Assembly (NCBI GenBank): GCA_030613375.1
Contig: JAUWMC010000001.1
Span: 1-62,379, forward strand
DNA: 62,379 bases
Source: Candidatus Micrarchaeota archaeon
GTDB taxonomy: Archaea > Micrarchaeota > Micrarchaeia > Anstonellales > Bilamarchaeaceae
Direction: 5' to 3'
The translations under genes and the position numbers were made by a program. Numbering within the stretch: position 1 is the stretch's first letter; the number at the start of each line of letters is the position of its first letter. Positions 27,461 to 35,051 of this stretch are shown here, piece after piece. The notes below the pieces were generated by a model that was not told the origin of the DNA, searched no databases, and saw only the letters and a list, made by a program, of their open reading frames with translations.

Positions 27461-28804
27461 ATGGCTAAACTAATGTTTAAGAAAGAAGAGGGAAAGGACT
27501 CGGGTACTTCGGCTCCTAAGCAACTTAAGGTGGTCCGGGTCGTCCGAGTCGCTGTCGAAGGCCCTGCTAAGAAGGGAGCCCCTGTTCAGGTAGATCCTGT
27601 TTTGCTGGGAGAAGTCAGGAAACTTAAATTGGGCATCAATTCTAATCAAGCCCGCGCGTTCTGGCAGGGAAAGATCCGTGATTCCAAGGCCGTCCCTCCA
27701 CTCACACAGGAGGCGGCAATCGGCCTGCTACTCGAAACGAAATCAGAGGACGGCATATTCATAGGCTGGTCTCTATTGCGGCAGAACCTGAAGCACATCA
27801 TTATCCCCATGGCTAACAACCCCTCAGCAGCTAAAGTGAAGTTCCTTGTCAAGGCAGTAAAAAGCAATCCACCTATAGCCGTAGCGGCATTCAAGGCTGC
27901 AGCTGCCTCAAGGCCCATATCCGCAAAAATAATCACGATTGCGAAAGAAATGAAGGCGAAGGAGGCCGAACTCGCAAAGGACGAATATACGGCGCCTGTG
28001 CTTTCTGCCGCGGTTGAATTCCTCGAAGTTGATAATCTCATGAACGGCATCGCAAAGGGCCTAGGAGAACAGCTTGCTGCGATGGACCAGCTGTTCAGCA
28101 TGTATGCGAGCGATCATGGGAAGAGGTTCGGTTACCTGGCAGATTTCCTCATACACAGGAGAGCACGGTCCATGCGGTTTGCGATTGAAGGCAAAAAAAC
28201 AATAGATCAGGAGCATGCCATATCAGTTTTGAGGCTTTTTGAGAAACACAAGATCGTAGTAGATGGGACTAAAGAGCACGTCAGGATAGCTGTTGATGCG
28301 CTTCTGGAGAAGGGGCCGGAAGGTTGGAAAGGAGTACTAGTGAGCAAATTCTCCGAACTGGCGCCGCTCATCGCCACGAGCAACTCGCTTAACAAAGGCC
28401 ATTTCCTGGCATCCGTGGTAAAAGGCTGCGAGCCTGCACTGGTGTCACGTGCACTGGATCTGGTATTTATGTTAGAGCAAGTCCCCGCAGAGGTGGTTAA
28501 AGCGGCAATGGATGTGAAAGACGACCCCAGGGTGAAATCAATATCAATTGACTTCCTCCAAACACTCCAGCTGCTCCAGGCCCTAGAAAAGAGCGGAGAC
28601 CAACAGTTCGCTGCGGCGGAGGCCTTGGTGAAGAAAGCAAGGCTCGACAAGCCAGGGTTCAGGATGGTCCTTCACGAGCTTGGCGCAGAGATGAAGGACG
28701 TATCAATGGAACCTGCAGGACCCACTCCAGAGGAAATGCAACACCAGAAGGATTCAGCTGAGCGGGTGCTCGCCATGCTTGCTAAGGCTGGCATAGATGT
28801 TTAG
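27461..28804 (+). CDS. hypothetical Ala/Lys-rich helical protein (447 aa), compositionally atypical
   Basis: Long clean ORF with no recognisable domain. By eye it is clearly richer in G+C and in CpG codons (TCG, CCG, GCG, CGG, GTC) than both flanking ftsZ genes. Confidence 0.6.
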   Translation: MAKLMFKKEEGKDSGTSAPKQLKVVRVVRVAVEGPAKKGAPVQVDPVLLGEVRKLKLGINSNQARAFWQGKIRDSKAVPPLTQEAAIGLLLETKSEDGIFIGWSLLRQNLKHIIIPMANNPSAAKVKFLVKAVKSNPPIAVAAFKAAAASRPISAKIITIAKEMKAKEAELAKDEYTAPVLSAAVEFLEVDNLMNGIAKGLGEQLAAMDQLFSMYASDHGKRFGYLADFLIHRRARSMRFAIEGKKTIDQEHAISVLRLFEKHKIVVDGTKEHVRIAVDALLEKGPEGWKGVLVSKFSELAPLIATSNSLNKGHFLASVVKGCEPALVSRALDLVFMLEQVPAEVVKAAMDVKDDPRVKSISIDFLQTLQLLQALEKSGDQQFAAAEALVKKARLDKPGFRMVLHELGAEMKDVSMEPAGPTPEEMQHQKDSAERVLAMLAKAGIDV

Positions 28805-28847
28805 ATTTTTCTTCTCATAGCTGAACGCGCATGCGTTCATAAAAAGT

Positions 28848-28900
28848 CCCGTTTTCTTCGGAAAGCGGGCAAACCCTTTTATTTCTTCTTTTCTATTTCT
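28848..28900 (+). terminator. UUCG-capped hairpin plus T-rich tract (repeat copy B)
   Basis: The stem is CCCGTTTTC(28848-56), the loop TTCG, then GAAAGCGGG(28861-69). The one change from copy A keeps a G-U pair. CCCTTTTATTTCTTCTTTTCTATTTCT follows. Confidence 0.5.
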
Positions 28901-28916
28901 CTAATGGTGACCATGA

Positions 28917-30092
28917 ATGCTTGACGGAATAGTTAAAGATGTGATTTCTGAAAAAGAGGCTCAGAAAAAAGAAGATATAGTTCCTGTTTTCGAAGAGAAA
29001 TCTGCAGAAAAAGCAGAGAATCCTCATGGAGAAATAGCTCTTCCAATTGAAGAAAAACCAAAAGAAGTTATCGAAGAGCCAAAAGAAATAGAAGAAAATT
29101 CCTCAGTTCGTATCAAGGTTATTGGTGTAGGGGGAGCTGGATGCAATAGCGTAAGCAGAATCACAAAGCAGGGAATCAAGAGCGCAAAAACCCTTGCAGT
29201 AAATACAGATAAACTTCACCTAAGCGTAATTGAAGCGCATGGAAAACATCTTCTGGGCAGAACGGTCACCAAGGGCCTGGGAAGCGGAGGAGATCCTTTA
29301 CTCGCAGCAAAGGCAGCAGATGCAGACAGAGGAGCCCTCCGAAAGATTATCGGGGAAAACGAAATCGTATTCGTATGTGCAGGAATGGGGGGCGGAACCG
29401 GAACCGGTGCCTCTCCACTAATCGCGCAGATCGCGAGGGAACAGGGTGCCACAGTAATTGGCATAGTTACTTACCCGTTCAAAATTGAGCGTTCAAGGCT
29501 TCATCGCGCAAGAGACGGATTAAAGGAATTAATGAAGCACGCAGACACCGTAATCGTAATCGAGAACGACCGCCTTTTATCCTATGCTCCGAATCTTCCA
29601 ATCGACAAAGCATTCGCACTTGCAGACGAAATTGCTTCAAAGGCAGTTCGCGGAATTTCTGACCTCGTAGTCCTCCCAAGCATGATGAATGTGGACTATG
29701 CAGATGTAAGGGCAATTATGAAAGATGGAGGGATCGCAATGATTTCTATTGGAAAGGGCTCAGGAACCGGAGTGGGAATGGTTGAAAGCGTAGTAAACAG
29801 CACAAGGAACAATCCTCTTTTGGAGGTTTCCTACGAAGGCGCAAAGGGTGCACTTATCCACGTTGCAGGTGCAAGCAGCCTCTCTTTGGGTGATGCAACC
29901 CAAATCTGCATGGGCATTTCCGAGGATTTCCACGATGACGCTGAAGTGAAAATGGGTGCAAGAATCGATGAGGATCTCTCAAACACAATAGAGGTAACTG
30001 CAGTAATTACAGGAGTGAAAGCCTCTCATCTTTTTGAGGACCAGAAACCACAGGAAGAGATGCAGAGCGAAATGCTCAGCTCCATCCTCTAG
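28917..30092 (+). CDS. ftsZ: cell division GTPase FtsZ (paralogue B), acidic/Lys-rich N-terminal extension
   Basis: It has 'IGVGGAGCNS', 'NTD', 'GMGGGTGTGASP' and the T7 loop 'MMNVDYADVRAIM'. GGTGA SD lies 6 nt upstream of the ATG. Confidence 0.92.
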   Translation: MLDGIVKDVISEKEAQKKEDIVPVFEEKSAEKAENPHGEIALPIEEKPKEVIEEPKEIEENSSVRIKVIGVGGAGCNSVSRITKQGIKSAKTLAVNTDKLHLSVIEAHGKHLLGRTVTKGLGSGGDPLLAAKAADADRGALRKIIGENEIVFVCAGMGGGTGTGASPLIAQIAREQGATVIGIVTYPFKIERSRLHRARDGLKELMKHADTVIVIENDRLLSYAPNLPIDKAFALADEIASKAVRGISDLVVLPSMMNVDYADVRAIMKDGGIAMISIGKGSGTGVGMVESVVNSTRNNPLLEVSYEGAKGALIHVAGASSLSLGDATQICMGISEDFHDDAEVKMGARIDEDLSNTIEVTAVITGVKASHLFEDQKPQEEMQSEMLSSIL

Positions 30093-30156
30093 TCCTGCCC
30101 CCTTTTAAATTTTTTCAATTATTACAGTTCTAATTCTATTCAATGTGGGTGTACTA

Positions 30157-33100
30157 ATGTTTGAATTCGACCCTCTTTACCTACTGCTGTGGATCTTCCT
30201 GGGATTCTTTATCCCGGGTGCACTGTTATCACTTGCACTGCTCAAGAAAAAAGAGCTTCCGCTTTTTGATAAGACAGCAATAGGCTTTGGTCTCGGCCTG
30301 ATTATTCCTGCATTCTTTGCATTTGCACTTTTCCTCGTTGGAGTATCATTCACATATTCAATTGCAGCGCTCTCCATCGGGCTTTTTTACCTAATTGCAA
30401 TTGCATTTTTCATAAAGGAAAAAGCCTGGGAAGGATTTTCCCTCCCAACTGATTACAAAACACTTGCACCCTCAGCCGCACTCGCACTCATACTCATTCT
30501 TGCCTTCCTTGTAAGGATGGGCACATACGGTCCTATTTTCATGGAGCTTGATCCATATTATTATATCCAACACACTACGCTCATCCTCTCAGATGGAGGG
30601 GCGCCTTTGGTGGATTATTCTGCCTGGTACCCTCACGAATCCTCCCATAGGGTCGCACCTATGAAAGCGTATCTGGAAGCCGTAACGTATGGATTGTACA
30701 ATAGCAGTACTGATTTCGACAGGTATATGCTTTCTGCGATTGCAGGAATGCTCCCTCCTATTTTTGCAGCACTCGCAGTGTTTTTCCTTTACCTATTCGT
30801 TTCATCTGAATACAAGAGAACCTATGGAATTGCCGCGGCGGGTGTTGCCGCATTTATCCCAATGTTTGTAATGAAACTTATGGCAGGAGAATCCGAAATC
30901 CAGCCATATGCCTTTTTCGGCCTTGCATTCTTCTTAGGGCTCTACGCACTTGCAGTAAAAAGAAAGGACCTTATGTTTGCAACTCTTGCAGGCCTTGCAT
31001 TTTTTGCAACCTTCTTGGGTTCAAGCTCAGCAGTCGTTCTCGTAACAACTCTCCTAATATTCATCCCATTACAAGCAATCTTCCTCTTTTTCATGAAGGA
31101 AGACCTGCTTGAAAATGCAAAAGTAAACGGAATAATTCTTCTTCTTGGCCCGGTTCTTTCAACAATATTCAACAATCTTTTCCATGAGAACTTTATACTT
31201 AATGGAATTTTCTCAGGTTATACCCTCATTCTCTTAGCTGTATACGCATTCTCGCTTTTGCTCTTGCTCTTACAGGTTCTTGCAAAGGTGTCCAAACTCA
31301 AGCTACCCATAAGCAACCTTCCAGAATTTAGCATGGATGACATGAAGAAAGTTTATCCTGCAATTGCAGGAGTTGTAGTAGTAGCCTTACTATTAGTAGC
31401 ATTCACCCCAATAGGAGACCCAATTTTCTCCATGGCAAGAAGCGCACTTGGCATAACTCAGTTCAACCAATCACTGGACCGTACAATTGCAGAGCAGGGT
31501 GTAGCAGGAGCAAGCTTCCAATCCGGCCTTGGATTCATAGGAATGGATTTCACAACCCTTCCTTCATTCGATCAGCTTCTTGATTTCTCAAATAAGAATA
31601 TCATAATAGCCGTATTCGAACTGATAGTTGGAATACTCCAGCACCTGTTTGCACTGGTTGCTATTTTCCTTACTGCAATTTCCAACTTGATCCTGGGAGC
31701 AATAGTCGGAATCCTCAACACAATATTTGGCACAGACCTCCAGTATCAAGACAAAAACAACAGCATGCTCATGGTAATCTTCTTTGGGATGTTCGTAGCA
31801 ATATTCCACTCAATTTACATAAAATTCAAAACAAAAGAACAGAGGCTTGCTCTTCTTTTTGCAGCATTTATATTCCCGATTTCAATAATTGGACTATTCA
31901 AAACCAAGTATGTAATCTACCTGGGTTTTGCAATAGCCACAGGCCTAGGAGTTATATTGGGAGAGCTTTCCCAGTTCCTTGGAAACCTGATAAACAAAAT
32001 GAAGGATGAAGAGAAGAGGAAAGTTTATGCAAATTACCTAATGCTTGGACTCACTCTCATAAGTTTCTTCTTTGTTTATTTCGAATGGAACCAGGGAATC
32101 GCAGACACACTTTTCTTTAGCTCGTTCCAGCCAAGGTTCCAAGACAATCCTGAAGCGCTCCAATCCAAGATGCAAGAGCTCTGTACACTCAGTGGGTATG
32201 CTCCCGCATGCAGTGCAGCAGAGGATCCAGTAGGTTTTGCGTCCCAGGGAATAACTTCTCAATATGACCAAACCCTTTGCGTATATTCACTTTTCTCAGA
32301 CATAACCGCACCCACAAGTAAAGAGCAGACTGCAGCATCTTTGAGATGCAACATGATGACAAACTATTGGATTGAATTTACAGAATGGCAGTTTGAAGAA
32401 TCACCAGAAGATGCAAGATTTACTTCCTGGTGGGACTATGGTCACTGGACCAACTACTTTGGGCAGAGGCCAACCGTTCTAAGGAACGACCACTCGCGCC
32501 ATGACATGATTCTGGAGGTTGCTCATGGATTCATCTATGGAACCCCAGAGGAACTCAAGAAAACAATGCAGGACTATGGTTCAGAATATGTGTTCTTTGA
32601 CCGGGAAATAATCTACAATGCCGATGGGAGTTTTGGAGGCAAATTCCATGCACTCAATTATCTCTCTTGTTCAAGGAATGAAGAAACATCCGTTGCATAT
32701 TCTCCAGGACAGTCTACCTGTGAAGCAGAACATAGGTGGGAGCAGATTGCAATACCCGCAACCCAACAACCCTGCTCAATCTCACAGCTTTCAGGAAAAG
32801 TTGGGATAACTGCATACGATGCGATATCCGGAATCCCAAAATATTGCATAGGAGAAACAACTCTCCTTACAGGGGAAACAACCGCAGCTCCGTATAAACT
32901 CGATGAAAAATACGAAAATGGTGACCTCAAGCTACACAAGGGATTCCTGAGGCAGGTTGCAGTAACACAGGATGGAACAAGCGTATACGATGTGTATTAT
33001 ACAAAGGATCAGGTCTGGATGGAAAATGGAGAAGTAAAATCAGGCTGGGAAGATCGCGCAACCAAGTTTTATGATTCCACTCTATACCAAGCTTTCGTTC

Positions 33101-33177
33101 TTGAACAGCTTGATGGGTTTACTCAGGTTTACAAAACAAGCGATGGTGCGGTGAAGCTCTACAAAATATCAGGATGA
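30157..33177 (+). CDS. aglB: oligosaccharyltransferase AglB (STT3 family)
   Basis: There are ~13 N-terminal TM helices and a soluble C-terminal domain with the 'WWDYGHW' catalytic motif. The size is ~1000 aa. Confidence 0.9.
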   Translation: MFEFDPLYLLLWIFLGFFIPGALLSLALLKKKELPLFDKTAIGFGLGLIIPAFFAFALFLVGVSFTYSIAALSIGLFYLIAIAFFIKEKAWEGFSLPTDYKTLAPSAALALILILAFLVRMGTYGPIFMELDPYYYIQHTTLILSDGGAPLVDYSAWYPHESSHRVAPMKAYLEAVTYGLYNSSTDFDRYMLSAIAGMLPPIFAALAVFFLYLFVSSEYKRTYGIAAAGVAAFIPMFVMKLMAGESEIQPYAFFGLAFFLGLYALAVKRKDLMFATLAGLAFFATFLGSSSAVVLVTTLLIFIPLQAIFLFFMKEDLLENAKVNGIILLLGPVLSTIFNNLFHENFILNGIFSGYTLILLAVYAFSLLLLLLQVLAKVSKLKLPISNLPEFSMDDMKKVYPAIAGVVVVALLLVAFTPIGDPIFSMARSALGITQFNQSLDRTIAEQGVAGASFQSGLGFIGMDFTTLPSFDQLLDFSNKNIIIAVFELIVGILQHLFALVAIFLTAISNLILGAIVGILNTIFGTDLQYQDKNNSMLMVIFFGMFVAIFHSIYIKFKTKEQRLALLFAAFIFPISIIGLFKTKYVIYLGFAIATGLGVILGELSQFLGNLINKMKDEEKRKVYANYLMLGLTLISFFFVYFEWNQGIADTLFFSSFQPRFQDNPEALQSKMQELCTLSGYAPACSAAEDPVGFASQGITSQYDQTLCVYSLFSDITAPTSKEQTAASLRCNMMTNYWIEFTEWQFEESPEDARFTSWWDYGHWTNYFGQRPTVLRNDHSRHDMILEVAHGFIYGTPEELKKTMQDYGSEYVFFDREIIYNADGSFGGKFHALNYLSCSRNEETSVAYSPGQSTCEAEHRWEQIAIPATQQPCSISQLSGKVGITAYDAISGIPKYCIGETTLLTGETTAAPYKLDEKYENGDLKLHKGFLRQVAVTQDGTSVYDVYYTKDQVWMENGEVKSGWEDRATKFYDSTLYQAFVLEQLDGFTQVYKTSDGAVKLYKISG

Positions 33178-34368
33178 GAACATATGTGGATACTGTCCTT
33201 TTACAGTATCTATCGCATCCAGTATTGTCCTTAGCTTTTCAAGCGCCAAAGTATAATCTCCCCTAGTAATCATATCATATAGTGAAAGAAGAGAGGCATC
33301 TCCCTGCCCTCCAACACTCTTCTTGAAATCAGAAACCATCTCTCTCCCTTCATTTCCAAATGAATATTTTTTTTCTCCCATTATTAGATAATTTTTTTTG
33401 CATACCTGAAGCACGAATCTGCACATGCGATCCATCCCCTCTATTTCTTTCCCAACGCTGAAAAGTTTGTTTATCTCTTTTGCCTGCATCTCCTCCAGCC
33501 CGTGGCTCTTGAAATATCCAAGGTATGATTCCATAATATATTCTCCAGGAGGGGACACAGAAGCAACTTTCTTCCTCGCATCGTACACAGTTTCCTTCAG
33601 GCCCAGCGTTATCCTATTTGACTTTTGGGAAAGATCCTGGAGCCCAAACTCAAACAAAAGGTTTGCAACCCTCGCAGCCCTTTTTTTATTCTCGAAAGTA
33701 ATCCTTGTAATTCCCCCATTTTCTACATAATCTTCGAGCTTGCCCAGCACTGCATTTCCCACATACATTCCATATATCGAAGAGAGTATGCTGGAAAGCG
33801 GCCCCCATCTAACTCCCTCTCGCATTTCTATGAGCTCTTTTGGGGTGTTTGTGCTGAAAAATGTGGGGTATTCAGCCCATGCCCCTTCAGGGGGAACTTG
33901 GAATTCTTCAGCAAACCACCGGTAATATTCTTTTTCAATATCACTCTCTTTTTGGATTACTGCAACAAGCGAATCAAACCTGAATTCCCTGTGTTCAATT
34001 CGTGCATCCCCATATTGTACAAGGTATCCGTAAAATTCCCCGAGCCTCGCATTATCCTCCGTCATCTTGCTCAGCATGATGGTCAAGTTTTCGCACCCAA
34101 TCCTTTTCGTCCCCAACCCATACATAAAGTAAATTAACGTTTTCAGGAAAAGCATTCTCTCTCGTTTTTTTGCCCTTTTGTAAGAACCCCTTAGCCATTC
34201 CTTTTCTTTTTTCCCAAAGATGGAAAAGAGATTAACCCTGTTTCGTTTGTCCCTGTACTCAATCTTTGCATCTTTACCCTTCAGCCAGGATTCGAATGAA
34301 CGTGCAAGACTCCTTGCATTCTCCCATGCAATCTCTTCCTGTGCCTTTTTGGCTTTCTTGCCATCCAT
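33169..34368 (-). CDS. hypothetical protein (399 aa)
   Basis: Long ORF. Its 3' end overlaps the aglB 3' end by 9 nt (convergent). The palindromic TATA 'TTTATAAA' lies ~25 nt upstream of the ATG. No firm domain call. Confidence 0.5.
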   Translation of the reverse strand: MDGKKAKKAQEEIAWENARSLARSFESWLKGKDAKIEYRDKRNRVNLFSIFGKKEKEWLRGSYKRAKKRERMLFLKTLIYFMYGLGTKRIGCENLTIMLSKMTEDNARLGEFYGYLVQYGDARIEHREFRFDSLVAVIQKESDIEKEYYRWFAEEFQVPPEGAWAEYPTFFSTNTPKELIEMREGVRWGPLSSILSSIYGMYVGNAVLGKLEDYVENGGITRITFENKKRAARVANLLFEFGLQDLSQKSNRITLGLKETVYDARKKVASVSPPGEYIMESYLGYFKSHGLEEMQAKEINKLFSVGKEIEGMDRMCRFVLQVCKKNYLIMGEKKYSFGNEGREMVSDFKKSVGGQGDASLLSLYDMITRGDYTLALEKLRTILDAIDTVKGQYPHMFSS

Positions 34369-34475
34369 CAGTTTTCCTACTCAGCCTTTGTTTATAAATT
34401 TTACATTTTCTTGATGGAGCGCAGATAGCTTTTTATTTATTTCCTAACTTCCCATAATCGCCTGGGTCGATAACT

Positions 34476-34562
34476 ATGGTGGCATTCGATGAAGATGATG
34501 ACTGGGAAGATGAAGATTTCGACGATGATGAATCAGAAACTAGCTCCGACGAAGACTTCTGA
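34476..34562 (+). CDS. candidate micro-protein, 28 aa, hyper-acidic (MVAFDEDDDWEDEDFDDDESETSSDEDF)
   Basis: An ATG..TGA ORF in a 297-nt gap. A TATA-like TTTTATTTAT (34431-40) lies upstream. A 7-bp hairpin plus T-tract follows directly downstream (34585-34613). Confidence 0.35.
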   Translation: MVAFDEDDDWEDEDFDDDESETSSDEDF

Positions 34563-34584
34563 ATCTTCAGCATAAAATATCGAC

Positions 34585-34613
34585 TGGCGGATCTGTCCGC
34601 CATTCTCTTTTTC
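34585..34613 (+). terminator. hairpin plus T-tract
   Basis: TGGCGGA(34585-91), loop TCTG, TCCGCCA(34596-602), then TTCTCTTTTTCC. Confidence 0.45.
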
Positions 34614-34665
34614 CCTCGTTCTCACCAGAAAGCTTTTAATTCTCTATTTAGTAATAAGTGGACAC

Positions 34666-34773
34666 GGGCCCGTAGCGCAGCCTGGATAGCGCGGCTGCCT
34701 TCTAAGCAGTAGGTCGTGGGTTCAAAACATATTTTGGAAAAATCCAAGAAATGTGAAAGTCCCACCGGGCCCG
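34666..34773 (+). tRNA. tRNA-Arg(UCU) with a ~33-nt non-canonical intron in the T-loop
   Basis: Hand fold: acceptor GGGCCCG/CGGGCCC, D arm GCGC/GCGC, anticodon arm GCUGC-CUUCUAA-GCAGU, T stem GUGGG(34716-20)/CCCAC(34761-65). The T stem is interrupted by ~34727-34759, which itself folds (CATATTT/AAATGTG, TGGA/TCCA). Confidence 0.8.
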
Positions 34774-34803
34774 TTATTTTAACTGAAAATGGGAGGTGTG
34801 GTA

Positions 34804-35049
34804 ATGGCTTCGGTCGAAGAAATTATAGAACTTATAAATGGAGTAATCGAGGATTCATCTGTTCCAAAGAACATAAGGAAGGCAATGAGTGAGGCAAAGG
34901 AACGGCTTCGGACTGATGATGAACAGGTTGTGAAGGTAAGCGCAGCCATTTACTCCTTGGAATCTGTTGCTGAGGACGTGAACATGCCCCCTCATGCACG
35001 CATGCAGATTTGGAGCATAATGAGCGAGCTGGAATCCCTCAAGGAATAA
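34804..35049 (+). CDS. UPF0147-family small helical protein
   Basis: 'VEEIIELINGVIEDSSVPKNIRKAMSEAKERL...IYSLESVAEDVNMPPHARMQIWSIMSELE' is the characteristic UPF0147 pattern. GGAGGTG SD precedes ATG 34804. Confidence 0.7.
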   Translation: MASVEEIIELINGVIEDSSVPKNIRKAMSEAKERLRTDDEQVVKVSAAIYSLESVAEDVNMPPHARMQIWSIMSELESLKE

Positions 35050-35051
35050 CC

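Noticed and set aside
33169-34368. Possible degenerate double-LAGLIDADG (homing-endonuclease-like) protein
   Set aside because: Only weak resemblance is present (IYFMYGLGTKR; IYGMYVGNAVLG...ITFENKKRAARVANLLFEFGL). The catalytic acidic residues are absent and no interrupted host gene is evident. The similarity is too weak to call without a profile search.
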